Numbered from the stretch's first letter, positions 19,566-29,787 are shown. The stretch is 64,000 nucleotides of DNA from Candidatus Latescibacterota bacterium (GCA_964291625.2 OZ220089.1:800001-864000), one strand, 5' to 3'. The notes: generated by a model not told the origin, from the letters alone. Numbers and translations: made by a program.

Positions 19566-21263
19566 CTACCGCTGGCGCACCCGCTTGCGCACCTGCGCCA
19601 GGTAATACCGGGCCTGCGCGTGATCCGGATCGGCCTCGAGGGCCTGGCGAAAAGCCCGCGCCGCCTGGTTCAGCTGGCCCTGGCGCATGCGGACCACGCC
19701 CACCCCGTTCCAGGCGCCGGCACTCTCCGGGTCCAGGGCCAGGATCTGCTCGAACGCCCGCAGGGCCTCTGGCCACGAACCCCGCTGCAGGTGGACCCCG
19801 CCCAGGTTGTACCAAGCCTTGAGATAGGCCGGTTCGAGAGCCACCGCCTGCCCGAAGGAACGGCGAGCCTCGTCCCAGGCCTCCCGTCGGACCTGCACGA
19901 GCCCCAGGTTGTGCCAGGCCATCGCGTACTCGGGATAGATCTCCAGGGCGGAGCGGTTGCAGGCCTCGGCACTGTCGAGACGGCCGGCCTCGGCGTGCAT
20001 CCGTCCCATCCCCAGGTGCGCACGGGCGCTGCGGGGGGCGGATTGGATCTGGGCGCGGTAGAAGCTCTCGCCGTCGGCCCAGGTGGCGTTGCGCGCCACC
20101 GTCAGAACCGCATAGGTGCACAGCAATACCAGACCTCCTGCCCAGACTCCCCGACCCCGGCGCTGTGCCAGCCGCCAGAGGCCCCAGCCCAGCAGCACGC
20201 AGAACGCCGCGGATGGGGCGTAGATCAGCCGTTCCCCCATGATCGTCGGCACCAGCACCAGGAAGTTGCTCGTCGGCGCCGCCAGGATCGCATAGCTGCC
20301 CACGACGAATGCGACCATCGGCGACCGCTGCCGCAGGCGCCAGGCCGCCGCGGCGGCGATGAGCACCGCCGCCAGGAAACCGGCCGCTCCCCCGTCCAGC
20401 GGACCACTCACCAGCGGGATCTGCGCATGGGAGTAGTCCGAGGAGAGCCCCAGGGGCCAGACCAGCAGGCGCAGGTAGGCGAACTGCACGCTGGCAGCCG
20501 TCAGCAATCGCTCCGGAAGGGCGGCGTCCACCAGGGGATTGTCCAGCGCATTGATCTGGCTGTCGGTGGGCCCGAGGACCGCCTGGCGAAAAGCCAGCCA
20601 GCCCACCAGGACCAGGACGTAGCCGCCGTAGACCCGCCAGCGAGCCTTGAGGGACCGGGCGGTGCAGAAGTCCAGCCACAGGGCGGCGAGGAGCCAGGCG
20701 GCGGCCGACTCCTTGCTCAGCAGGGAGAGGCCGTAGAGCGCCCCGGCTCCGATCCACTTGCCGCGGCGGTGCAGGAGCAGGAAGGTCGCACCCAGCATCA
20801 TGGCGAGGGGCTCGGCTCGACCGGTGATGAAGGCCACCGCTTCGGTGTGGACCGGATGCGCGGCAAAGAGCAGGGCGGCGGCGAGAGAGGCGGGGAGGGC
20901 CAGGCCCAGCCGCAGCGCCAGGAGCAAGAGGGCACAACTGGCCCCGGCGTGGAACGCGGCATTGACCACATGGAACCCGGCGGCGTGCGCGCCGGGCAGC
21001 CCCAGGGACTCGTTGGCCCGGTAGTTGAGCGCCAGGGTCCAGACCGTGAGAGGACGGTAGTGGTGGGAGTGGAGGATCTCGCCCCAATAGCGGCCGGCCA
21101 GGATCCGGTCCAGCCGCCACGGGTCGTGCATCAGCTCGTTGGCGGGGATCAGCTTGCGGTCGTCGTAGACCAGCTCGTTGCCCAGCGAGTTGGCGTACAC
21201 CCCGCAGGCGACGAGGGCCACCAGGGCCAGGGCCGCCCACCGGCTGCGGCCGGCGTCACCCAC
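19566..21263 (-). CDS. TMTC-like (DUF1736) membrane protein with C-terminal TPRs
   Basis: YANSL....YDD, YRPL, HPVHTEAV..I.GR, ERLIY.PS, RNATW followed by TPRs; start approximate. Confidence 0.85.
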   Translation of the reverse strand: MGDAGRSRWAALALVALVACGVYANSLGNELVYDDRKLIPANELMHDPWRLDRILAGRYWGEILHSHHYRPLTVWTLALNYRANESLGLPGAHAAGFHVVNAAFHAGASCALLLLALRLGLALPASLAAALLFAAHPVHTEAVAFITGRAEPLAMMLGATFLLLHRRGKWIGAGALYGLSLLSKESAAAWLLAALWLDFCTARSLKARWRVYGGYVLVLVGWLAFRQAVLGPTDSQINALDNPLVDAALPERLLTAASVQFAYLRLLVWPLGLSSDYSHAQIPLVSGPLDGGAAGFLAAVLIAAAAAWRLRQRSPMVAFVVGSYAILAAPTSNFLVLVPTIMGERLIYAPSAAFCVLLGWGLWRLAQRRGRGVWAGGLVLLCTYAVLTVARNATWADGESFYRAQIQSAPRSARAHLGMGRMHAEAGRLDSAEACNRSALEIYPEYAMAWHNLGLVQVRREAWDEARRSFGQAVALEPAYLKAWYNLGGVHLQRGSWPEALRAFEQILALDPESAGAWNGVGVVRMRQGQLNQAARAFRQALEADPDHAQARYYLAQVRKRVRQR

Positions 21264-21274
21264 CCTGATATGTC

Positions 21275-21871
21275 CTAGTCGACAAGACTCTCCTTGACGG
21301 AGTCGAACCACTCCGCAAAGGGTTCCTGCAATCCGGGATCCTCGGTCAAGGGACTCCACCTGAGGACGAACTTGTGGTGATCAGAGAGAGCTTCCCACTC
21401 GAGTTCACCACTTGCTGCGCAGCTCAAGTGATAGTGCTTGCGCTCAACAATGGTGGTCAGAGCATTCTCCGGTATCCAGCCGGTTACCTGAAACGAGATC
21501 CTCTCCGAACCAAGCCGCTCTCTTTCCACATAGTCGATCTGCACGAAGCCGCTCTCAGCCCCTTGAGTATCGACACGAACTCCTCTCGGAATCGTGACCC
21601 AGTGGAAGCTGGCACTGTCCGGTCGAGAGTATACCAGGGAAGTCTTCTGGACGACGGCCGTGCCGGGAGGCAGCTGCTCCCGTTCGGACAAGAGCTCTGC
21701 CACGACATCCAGGTCGGCGAGACCCGTCTCCTCGCGGGCCTCCCGGAGTGCCGCGGCGGCAAAGGACTCTCCCTCTTCGACCGTACCGGCCGGGATCTGA
21801 TTCCCGGCGTATGGGTGCTTCAACAGGAGCGTTATGAAGCAGATGACCTTTCCCAGCGCCATGGCAGACAT
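21275..21871 (-). CDS. NUDIX hydrolase domain protein
   Basis: Nudix box GTVEEGES..AAALREAREETGL; visibly lower GC than neighbours. Confidence 0.85.
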   Translation of the reverse strand: MSAMALGKVICFITLLLKHPYAGNQIPAGTVEEGESFAAAALREAREETGLADLDVVAELLSEREQLPPGTAVVQKTSLVYSRPDSASFHWVTIPRGVRVDTQGAESGFVQIDYVERERLGSERISFQVTGWIPENALTTIVERKHYHLSCAASGELEWEALSDHHKFVLRWSPLTEDPGLQEPFAEWFDSVKESLVD

Positions 21872-22092
21872 CGTGGATACACCCCCTTGGGTATTCTCTC
21901 AGGCTTCGCCCGATCCGGCCCGAAGCTACAAGCTGACTTGAACGGTCACAAGCATCGAACCACCCCATGCGGGGGCCGTTGAACCCCCCGGGAACCCTTG
22001 CACCTGAGGGTTCCAGGGTTGACATTGGCGGAGGCCGGACGGTTGGGCGAGGACCGGATACGCCACATCCGGTCCCACAACTGGAGGATGGA

Positions 22093-23112
22093 CTGATCAC
22101 AGAGCCGAAACGGCGGATAGCGATTGCGGGGGCCGGGAATATGGCGCGGACGCGGGGCCAGGCGTTTCTGGACACCGGCCGTGCCGAGATCTGCGGTGTC
22201 GCCGCCCGCCGCGCAGAGCGCGCCGAGAGCTGCGCGGCCGAGTTGGGGTGCCACGTCTTCCACGACGACTATCGCCGTCTGGGAGAGACCGGTCCGGACG
22301 CGGTCCTCGTCGAGGTTCCCCATCGCGTGCAGGATGAGGTCTCCCTCTGGGCGCTGGATGCCGGCTTCGATCTCCTCGTGGGCGGATGTCTGGCTTCGAG
22401 TGTGGCGATTGGGCGCCGCATCATCGAAGGGGCCACCCGGAACCGCGGCATCGTGGAGGCCGGCTTCCAGCGCCGTTACGACCCGGCCTGGGAGGAGATC
22501 CGGCGTCTCGTGACGGGCGGCCATCTGGGAGAGCCGGTGATGGCCGTCACCATGGCCCTCTGGAACCCGGACCCGGACGAGTGGTACTACGATCAGGAGG
22601 CGAGCGGCGGGATGCCCTTGACCCACATGAGCTACTGCTATCTCAATGCGGTCCGTTGGATCCTCGGCCGGCCGACCACCGTCTCCGCCCTGGCCAACCG
22701 CGTGCGGAATACGACTCCCGGCCACGTCGCGGAGGAGACCTGCGGCGCCCTCATCGGGTTCGAGAGCGGGGCCTTCGCCTCAGCCACGGCGAGCTACATC
22801 GGGCCGGAGGGCATGACCGACCCGCAGCCGCGATTCATCTGCGCCGAGGGTGGGACCCTGCCCAATGCCGACAGCCCGCCGGGCAAGGAGACCATCACCG
22901 TCTTTCGCGGGGGCCGTTCCGAGGTTCGCGCCTTTGAGAGCGAGCCGTCCCCCTTTGTCCGGCAGGCAGCCGCATTTCTGGATGCCCTGGAGAGCCGCCG
23001 CGAGGCCCGCAATCCGCCGGAAGATGCCCTGCTGGACGTGAAGATCGCCGAAGCCGTCTCGGTCTCGGCCCGGGAGCACAGGACGGTCTGTCTGACGGAA
23101 GCAACCGCCTAA
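22093..23112 (+). CDS. Gfo/Idh/MocA family oxidoreductase
   Basis: IAIAGAGNMA Rossmann motif, GFQRRYDP, SGG; start uncertain (GGAGG at 22083 precedes in-frame CTG 22093). Confidence 0.85.
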   Translation: MITEPKRRIAIAGAGNMARTRGQAFLDTGRAEICGVAARRAERAESCAAELGCHVFHDDYRRLGETGPDAVLVEVPHRVQDEVSLWALDAGFDLLVGGCLASSVAIGRRIIEGATRNRGIVEAGFQRRYDPAWEEIRRLVTGGHLGEPVMAVTMALWNPDPDEWYYDQEASGGMPLTHMSYCYLNAVRWILGRPTTVSALANRVRNTTPGHVAEETCGALIGFESGAFASATASYIGPEGMTDPQPRFICAEGGTLPNADSPPGKETITVFRGGRSEVRAFESEPSPFVRQAAAFLDALESRREARNPPEDALLDVKIAEAVSVSAREHRTVCLTEATA

Positions 23113-24056
23113 AGGGCCGCCCACTTCCGATACTCCTCCAATGCGTCTTCACGGCTCACGAAGGGCTTGAAGACCGCGCGGGCACGGAAGCTGTACTCCG
23201 TCAACGGTCGACAGTCCCTGATGAGGATGGAGAAGTCCCACGCCGGATTGTTCAGGCCTCCCCCTCCTGGCGCGACGGCGAACCGAAGGGTCTCGGTGCT
23301 CTTGAACATCATCTGGAGCATCATGTTTCGCCAGCGTCCGTAGAAGAACGGATGGATGTATCGGGCAGGCCGGATGTTGTGGAACAACCGGCCCCGTGGA
23401 TCCGGTTCGCCTTCGACCAGGGCATCCGCTTCACTCGCGAAGACCGGCCCGTGCGCCGGTTGCTCCGCCAACGATTCGACCCACTCTTCCGGGCCGCTGC
23501 TGTCCCTGCGGCCGAGGAAACAGGTGTTCTTGTCCTCGGGCTCGTGGATGTAGCTCGCCCAGAACAGCCCCAGCCAGTCCCCCTCGAAGGAGCCGGGATG
23601 AGCGACGCACCTGGTTTCCAGATCGATGTAGTGGGGTGGAACAAGGGTGAAGGTCGTGCTGACCTCGATGCGGCGGGGTTCGGGGATGGAGGTCGTCAAT
23701 TGGACCGAGTTGTCGTCAAGCCGGGTGAGTCGGCCCGGGGTTGGCGGGGTCCCGAGCTTGCCCCCCAGCCAACGGGGAATCATCGAGCGGCCGGTCCGGT
23801 CGTAGATGAACTCGAAGTTGAGGCTGCTGCCCCACGAGGACCGGAAGATGCTCTCCCGGGGGCCTCGCCGGCTGTAGAGCTGACGCACACCGTTGTAACC
23901 GTTGGCCCTTTCGAAGGGAAAGGCGACGTCGTCGAAGCGGCCCTCCTTGTTCGCGCGGGAGAGCTCATCGACCCGTGCTTGCGGAAAACCTCCTCCGTCG
24001 TCGTTGTCCACCACTTCGACGAAGATGTCGCCGTCGATGAGAAACTGACTACCCAT
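23109..24056 (-). CDS. Hypothetical protein, possibly galactose-mutarotase-like beta-sandwich
   Basis: GAGGAGGA RBS, beta-rich 315-aa ORF (GYNG, LNFEFIYD, GLFWASYI, NPAWDF); fold is inference. Confidence 0.7.
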   Translation of the reverse strand: MGSQFLIDGDIFVEVVDNDDGGGFPQARVDELSRANKEGRFDDVAFPFERANGYNGVRQLYSRRGPRESIFRSSWGSSLNFEFIYDRTGRSMIPRWLGGKLGTPPTPGRLTRLDDNSVQLTTSIPEPRRIEVSTTFTLVPPHYIDLETRCVAHPGSFEGDWLGLFWASYIHEPEDKNTCFLGRRDSSGPEEWVESLAEQPAHGPVFASEADALVEGEPDPRGRLFHNIRPARYIHPFFYGRWRNMMLQMMFKSTETLRFAVAPGGGGLNNPAWDFSILIRDCRPLTEYSFRARAVFKPFVSREDALEEYRKWAAL

Positions 24057-24122
24057 GGCAGGATTCCTCCTCAGACCGCGTCGCCGCGCCAGCCGACTCC
24101 CCGTCTCGCGCCAGTCCTTGCA

Positions 24123-25220
24123 TCACTCCTCCCTTGCGATGCGTCTCACCAGCGACCGCATGTCGAGCCGGCCGTCCCGGTTGGTCTGCACGGCGATCGT
24201 CATCCCCGAAGCTGCGTAGTGGGTCACGTGGGTGCGGTATCCCGGCCACAGGCCGCCGTGGCCGAAGGTCTCCCCGCCTTCGTACACGAAGAGTCCGAAG
24301 CCGTAGTGCCGGCCGGGCGAGGCCGGGTCGCGCCAGCCGCCGACCAGCATCCGGGAAAAGCTCTCCGGCTTCACGATGCGGCCCTCGGTCAGGGCCCCGT
24401 AGAACTCGACGAGCATGGTCGGATTCGTGGTGAGCCCGCCGCCGGTCCACTCGGAGGACGGATCGATCTTCATGGTGCCGTCGTCCCTCAGGTTGCGGGC
24501 GCCGTGCATGTAGCCTGGGGTGATGTTCGGCAGCACCGACCGGTCCTGGAGCCCGATCTGGTGCAGGCCCTGGGGCTCGAGGATGCGCTCCCGGAGCAGG
24601 TCGTAACAGGCGCGGCCCGTGGCCGCCTCGATCAGACGTCCGAGGACGAGGTAGCCCGAATCCGAGTACGAGAACCCCTCCCCCGCCGGGAACAGGGGTT
24701 TGCGGCCGGCGAAGGCGATCAGTTCCTCCGGCTCGAAGCGGATCGTGCCGTGACGGATCGCGCGATAGATGGACTTCAGCCGGTAGCGGAACGACCGCGG
24801 GTAGTCGCCGATACCCGCGGAGTGCGACAGGAGGTGGCGGACCCGGATGTCCTGCGCGTTGGGCACCCGCTCGTACCAGGACGCGTCGCCCAGCCACCTC
24901 GACGCCGGATCGTCGAGGGAGAGCACGCCGTCCTCCACCAGCAGCATCGCCAGGGTCGCGAAGAAGGTCTTGCCCGTGCTGCCGCCGGGCATGCCCACCG
25001 TGTCGTCGAGGGCGATCTCCTCTTCCACGTCGGCGAGGCCCACGGAGGCGCGCACCATGCGGCCGTCCGGGAAGCGCACGGCGGCGCGCAGCCCGGGCAT
25101 CTCCATCTCGGCGCGCGCCTCCTCGAGCAGCGCCGCGAGCGCAGCCTGGTCCAGGGCGACAGCCGGGGGGCAAGCGGCGAGCAGGACAACCGACAGGCGA
25201 TGGCACAGGGCCCTGGACAT
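24123..25220 (-). CDS. Serine hydrolase, beta-lactamase/class C family
   Basis: Signal peptide, SxxK (STGK), LLSHSAG, FSYSDSGY, HGG. Confidence 0.92.
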   Translation of the reverse strand: MSRALCHRLSVVLLAACPPAVALDQAALAALLEEARAEMEMPGLRAAVRFPDGRMVRASVGLADVEEEIALDDTVGMPGGSTGKTFFATLAMLLVEDGVLSLDDPASRWLGDASWYERVPNAQDIRVRHLLSHSAGIGDYPRSFRYRLKSIYRAIRHGTIRFEPEELIAFAGRKPLFPAGEGFSYSDSGYLVLGRLIEAATGRACYDLLRERILEPQGLHQIGLQDRSVLPNITPGYMHGARNLRDDGTMKIDPSSEWTGGGLTTNPTMLVEFYGALTEGRIVKPESFSRMLVGGWRDPASPGRHYGFGLFVYEGGETFGHGGLWPGYRTHVTHYAASGMTIAVQTNRDGRLDMRSLVRRIAREE

Positions 25221-25225
25221 TGCGG

Positions 25226-25882
25226 CTATCGCTTGTAGTAGTGCCTGATCTTCGGGTCTCGGAACCGGACGACGGAGTTGTTGTTCCCCCAGACCGCCAG
25301 GCCAACGGCACCGCGCGGCGCCTCCGGCAGCGTCAACCGGTTGACCAGAACGCCGTCGACGTAGCTCGTCACCGAGTGATCCCGGACCTTGAGCACAATG
25401 TCGTACTCCCGGCCGGGGTCCATGACGAAATCGACGACATCGAGCTTGGCGTCCTCGCCAGTCTCCTCGTTCCGGCGGCCGATGACCATCGTCTTCCAGC
25501 CGGCCAGGTAGGTCAGGGAGTGCGACGAGGCGCCGTCGCCCGAGATTCCGAAGACCAGCTGCGGACCGATGAACCCCTTCTCGATGGTGGCCTGTACCTT
25601 GAGTTCATAGGCGGCCCACGTCCCATCTCCCTGGACGAGCCGCCCGCGGTTGGCCTGTCCCGTGTCGGCGATGATGGCGTCACCTTCGCGGCGCCATACG
25701 GAAGGGGAGAACGGAGCCTCGCTGGCATGCCACCCGGCGAGGCCCTGACCCGCCATCATCGACTCCCATGGCTTGCCGATGTCGGCCCGGCCGTAATCGT
25801 TCTCGAAAGAGGGGGTTTCGCCAGCGGCACTCATGGCGGCAAGCAGTCCGATGTAGATTGCATGGGGAATGGCGCGCCTCAC
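25226..25882 (-). CDS. DUF1080 (3-keto-disaccharide hydrolase-like) domain protein
   Basis: Signal peptide, LAGW, VDGVLV, GAVGL..W, VRFRDPKIR terminal strand. Confidence 0.75.
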   Translation of the reverse strand: MRRAIPHAIYIGLLAAMSAAGETPSFENDYGRADIGKPWESMMAGQGLAGWHASEAPFSPSVWRREGDAIIADTGQANRGRLVQGDGTWAAYELKVQATIEKGFIGPQLVFGISGDGASSHSLTYLAGWKTMVIGRRNEETGEDAKLDVVDFVMDPGREYDIVLKVRDHSVTSYVDGVLVNRLTLPEAPRGAVGLAVWGNNNSVVRFRDPKIRHYYKR

Positions 25883-25965
25883 TTGTCTGGTGACCGTCAG
25901 GGCCGGCAGGGCATGGGAAACAGACGGCTTTGGGTTGATTCGCTGTCAAGGCGCCGGGAGATGAC

Positions 25966-28005
25966 ATGAACGGACGGAGCCGGCCGGTATCGAAGCCGGA
26001 ATTCGAGGTGAGACTGGACCGCCGGATGCGCATGCCGATGAGCGACGGGGTCGAGCTGGCGGCCGTGGTCGCCCGGCCCGACGCGCCCGGGGAGTTCCCG
26101 GCGATCATCGCCTACAACCCCTACCGCCGGTTGCCCGGTATCGAAGCCGGCGTCTCCGAGAGCGGCTACGACCACCGCCGCCACGGACCCGCCTGGTTCG
26201 CCCGCCGCGGCTACGCCGTCGTCTCCTTCGACGCCCGCGGCACCGGGAACTCGGGGGGATCGACCGCCGACATCTACTCGGAGCGGGAACGGCGGGACGG
26301 GTACGAGGCGGTGGAGTGGGTCGCGGCCCAGCCCTGGTGCAGCGGCGCCGTGGGCATGTGGGGCATGTCCTTCGGCGGCGTCGTGCAGTGGCAGGTGGCG
26401 GCCCAGAGGCCGCCCCATCTCAGGACCCTGGTGATGGGCTCCTCGAACACCGACGTCTACCTCGACTGGACCCACCCCGGCGGCTCGATCCGCCCCTACA
26501 TGTTCGACAGCTACTCGCCGTTGATGACGGCCTACAACTTCGCTCCCCCCGACGTGGAGATCGCCGGGCCCCTGTGGGAGGAGCTGTGGCGGGAGCGCCT
26601 GGAGAGCAACGTCCCCTGGGGCCTCGGGTACATCACCCATCCGCTGCAGGGACCCTACTGGAGGGAGCGTTCCCTGGAGCCGGACTACGGCCGCATCGAG
26701 GTGCCGGTGCTGTTCTGGTGCGGCTGGTCCGATCCCTACCCCAGCCCGATCCTGCGCGCCTTCTCCAGGCTCGACGTCCCGAAGAAGATCCTGCTCGGGC
26801 CGTGGGGCCACTACTGGCCCGAAGAGGCCCTGCCCGGTCCCCGGATCGACTTCCGCCACGAGATGCTGAAGTGGTACGACCGCTGGCTGAAGGGGGGGGA
26901 GACCGGCGTGATGGATGAGCCCGCGGTCTCCCTCTTCGTGCGCAAGTACAAGGAGCCGGCGGCGCACATGCACCTCGAGGACGCCGGGTTCTGGAGATCG
27001 GAGAAGGAGTGGCCCCCGGCGCGAAACCGGGATACGCCCTTCTACTTGCAGCCCGGGGGAGAGCTCGGCCGCGAGGCTCCGGACCGCGGGGATTCCGCGA
27101 GGGAGTTCACCTACAACCCCGCTGTCGGCATCACCGCCGGCATCTACTGGGGCGGCGGGATCATGCCCTGGGCCATGCCGGTCGACCAGCGGCTCGACGA
27201 GGCCCTGTCATTGACCTGGACCACCCCGCCGCTGGAGGGGGATCTGGAGGTCACCGGCAATCCGGTGGCCGTGCTCCACGTCAGCTCCAGCGCGCAGACC
27301 GCCTACTTCCACGTGAAGCTGACCGACGTCGCCCCGGACGGCACCTCGAAGTGGCTGACCGACGGCGGCCTGCTCGGGACCCACCGCCGTTCCCACTCGA
27401 GTCCCGAGCCGATGGAGCCGGCAAAAGTCTACGAGCTGCCCATCGAGATGAAGTACGTCTCCTACCTCTTCGAGAAGGGCCACCGCATCCGCCTGAGCGT
27501 GGCCGGAGCCGACTTCCAGAACGCCTGGCCCACCCCGCTGGCGGCGGTCAACAGCGTTCACTGCGGCCGGGACCGCCCGTCCAGGGTCGTGCTGCCGGTG
27601 ACGCCGGCGCCAGGCCGGTCACTGCCGGAGCCTGCCTTCGAGCCCTCGCCGCGGACCCCGGCGGCGATGGAGGACCTGCCCCCCAGCCGGCACGAGATCA
27701 CCCACGATCACGTGGCCGGCACGGTGACCGCCGAACTGGCGAGGGACAGCACCGGGAGCGCGGTGGCCGGGCGGGCGTGGTCGAGGTACACCGTGTCGCC
27801 GAAGAACCCGGCCGAGACGGTGCTGAAAGCCGGGTACGTGTACGAGCCGCCCCATCCGCAGAAGAGGATCGTCGTCGAGGCGAAGGAGGTCCTGCGAAGC
27901 GACGCGGAGTCCTACCACTTCTCGGCGGAGGTGGAGATAACCGTCGACGGAAAGCGCTACTTCGACAAGAGCTGGAGCGTCACCGTGCCCAGGGAGCTGG
28001 GGTGA
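25966..28005 (+). CDS. CocE/NonD family hydrolase
   Basis: MPMSDGVEL, PY, GYAVV..DARGTGNSGG, GMWGMSFGG, GPWGH, PepX_C-type C-terminus. Confidence 0.93.
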   Translation: MNGRSRPVSKPEFEVRLDRRMRMPMSDGVELAAVVARPDAPGEFPAIIAYNPYRRLPGIEAGVSESGYDHRRHGPAWFARRGYAVVSFDARGTGNSGGSTADIYSERERRDGYEAVEWVAAQPWCSGAVGMWGMSFGGVVQWQVAAQRPPHLRTLVMGSSNTDVYLDWTHPGGSIRPYMFDSYSPLMTAYNFAPPDVEIAGPLWEELWRERLESNVPWGLGYITHPLQGPYWRERSLEPDYGRIEVPVLFWCGWSDPYPSPILRAFSRLDVPKKILLGPWGHYWPEEALPGPRIDFRHEMLKWYDRWLKGGETGVMDEPAVSLFVRKYKEPAAHMHLEDAGFWRSEKEWPPARNRDTPFYLQPGGELGREAPDRGDSAREFTYNPAVGITAGIYWGGGIMPWAMPVDQRLDEALSLTWTTPPLEGDLEVTGNPVAVLHVSSSAQTAYFHVKLTDVAPDGTSKWLTDGGLLGTHRRSHSSPEPMEPAKVYELPIEMKYVSYLFEKGHRIRLSVAGADFQNAWPTPLAAVNSVHCGRDRPSRVVLPVTPAPGRSLPEPAFEPSPRTPAAMEDLPPSRHEITHDHVAGTVTAELARDSTGSAVAGRAWSRYTVSPKNPAETVLKAGYVYEPPHPQKRIVVEAKEVLRSDAESYHFSAEVEITVDGKRYFDKSWSVTVPRELG

Positions 28006-28015
28006 GCAATCGCAC

Positions 28016-29155
28016 TCAGTAAAGGCCGGGGACGATCCGGTACTTCACCCGGGCCTGGTACTCGGCCCACTTCTCGGGGCCGTACTTCTCCGCGCAGTGC
28101 CTGTCGTCATCCCGCTGCCGGTAGGTGAACATGGAGACGACGAAGACGAGGTAGGTCCAGGCCCAGAGATTCGTGAAGTAGCCGAAGACCAGGGCGATCG
28201 ACAGGGCCAGGAACCCCTCGCCCATGTAGTTGAAGTGCCGGGCCACACCCCAGAGACCGCTGCACAGGATCCTGCGGTCTCCGGCCTCGATGTACGTCGG
28301 CTCGATGAGCCCGAGGAACTTGCGGTCGGGCCATCGCTTGAAGGTGTACTTCTGCAGGTTGGCGCCGCGCGAGATCCCCCACCCGAACAGAAACAGCGCC
28401 GCCGCCCCGATGAGCCACACCTTCGACCATACCGGCGAGAATCCGGGGTCGGGATACGCGGCCATGCCCCACAAGGGAAGGATGAACATCCAGCCGTAGA
28501 CCACGAGGCCGCCCCACCACAACTTGAAGCCCAAGCTCTCGTGGATCAGATCGTAGGTATAGAGCTGGACGCGCTCGAAGATGAAGTAGTCCAGCACGTA
28601 GAACGTGAAGAACGCCGCGTACAGGAAGACGCCCGGATTGGAGTTCTCGCCGAAGAGCTGGTAGTGGTACACGGCTCCGGACAGGGCGTTGAGGGACAAC
28701 ATCGTCCCGCCGACGACATAGAAGTACATCTTCACATCGAAGCGCTCGTTGAAGAGCTGCAGCTCCTGGGCCCGCCCGAACCACAGGGCCAGGAGCGGGT
28801 TCTTCACCCTGCCCTGGGGCTGGCTGAAGACCGAGATGATCGTGAAGATCGTGGTGAAGACCGTTCCGCCCGCCACCGCATAGATCGAGGACCGGTAGAA
28901 CCAGTCGCGCGGCATCCCGGTGAGCTCGAGGGCCCACACGATCAGGGCGACGGCAAAGACCAGAAGACCATTAAGCCGATAGGAGCGGGGTTCGCCGGTC
29001 TCCGGGTTGATGACATAGCCGGGGACCCGCCTTCCCGGCAGTATGAGCTGGGCCAGGAAGAACGCGGCGAAGATCACCAGCGGGGTGAAGAAACCCGCGA
29101 CCGCTTCCGTCGGCGAGAGCTCGAAGAGGTGGCCGATGCCGAGCCATTCAATCAT
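28016..29155 (-). CDS. ERG4/ERG24-family sterol reductase-like membrane protein
   Basis: YRLNG, YDLIHESLGF, RGANLQKYTFK, LCSGLWGVARHFNYMGE, DDRHCAEKYG..W..Y...V.YRIVP signature. Confidence 0.88.
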   Translation of the reverse strand: MIEWLGIGHLFELSPTEAVAGFFTPLVIFAAFFLAQLILPGRRVPGYVINPETGEPRSYRLNGLLVFAVALIVWALELTGMPRDWFYRSSIYAVAGGTVFTTIFTIISVFSQPQGRVKNPLLALWFGRAQELQLFNERFDVKMYFYVVGGTMLSLNALSGAVYHYQLFGENSNPGVFLYAAFFTFYVLDYFIFERVQLYTYDLIHESLGFKLWWGGLVVYGWMFILPLWGMAAYPDPGFSPVWSKVWLIGAAALFLFGWGISRGANLQKYTFKRWPDRKFLGLIEPTYIEAGDRRILCSGLWGVARHFNYMGEGFLALSIALVFGYFTNLWAWTYLVFVVSMFTYRQRDDDRHCAEKYGPEKWAEYQARVKYRIVPGLY

Positions 29156-29265
29156 GGTGGAGTATCCATCTTCGATGGGCTCCAGCAGCGGACTTACGGC
29201 CTCCGAGCGTTGCCGGGAAGTCGGTCACGCCGGGGCCTGCAGTCCAGCCATCGAACCCGGTTGTC

Positions 29266-29784
29266 TCAGCGCGCTTTCCAATTGGTGTGGAAGTCCAGCT
29301 CCTGAATCAGGTCGAATGTGGTTATGCACCGAACATCGAAATCGCGACTCACGTCAGGCAGCTTTCGGTTACCCCGGGTTCGGCTCGGCTTGGAATGTTC
29401 GGTAGTTACCACACACCTCCCTTGTATGTCCACGAGAGCATAGGCGACCAGGAACGGGTCCCTTCCGATTTTCTCGATTTCCTCATCGCTCAGGTCACTC
29501 GCATATCCCTCTTCGGTGATCTGAGCAACCAAATCCACAGAAGCCTCTTCATCCAGGACGATCAAATCTTCGTTAGTCCTTAACCACTCGACCAACGGAT
29601 CCGGCCGATCATCTGGCGGCAAGGGATAGATGACCTCTTCAAAGAACTCTTGAGGAATCTTGATCCGGCCGCGGGTGCCCATCTCCAACAACCATCCCCA
29701 GAACTCAGGAATCCTTTCCACAGGGTAGTAATCCCGATTGGCATCAATGAGCACATTGGCGTCCAAGAGGTAGAGCATGGGCAT
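29266..29784 (-). CDS. DUF4411 family PIN-domain protein (putative toxin)
   Basis: YLLDANVLIDA...YYP....FW, DPFLVAYA, VVTTE, KLPDV. Confidence 0.85.
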   Translation of the reverse strand: MPMLYLLDANVLIDANRDYYPVERIPEFWGWLLEMGTRGRIKIPQEFFEEVIYPLPPDDRPDPLVEWLRTNEDLIVLDEEASVDLVAQITEEGYASDLSDEEIEKIGRDPFLVAYALVDIQGRCVVTTEHSKPSRTRGNRKLPDVSRDFDVRCITTFDLIQELDFHTNWKAR

Positions 29785-29787
29785 GCC

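Noticed and set aside
24123-25220. Beta-lactamase resistance gene
   Set aside because: SxxK family membership alone does not imply resistance; YSD/HGG motifs fit generic peptidases or esterases
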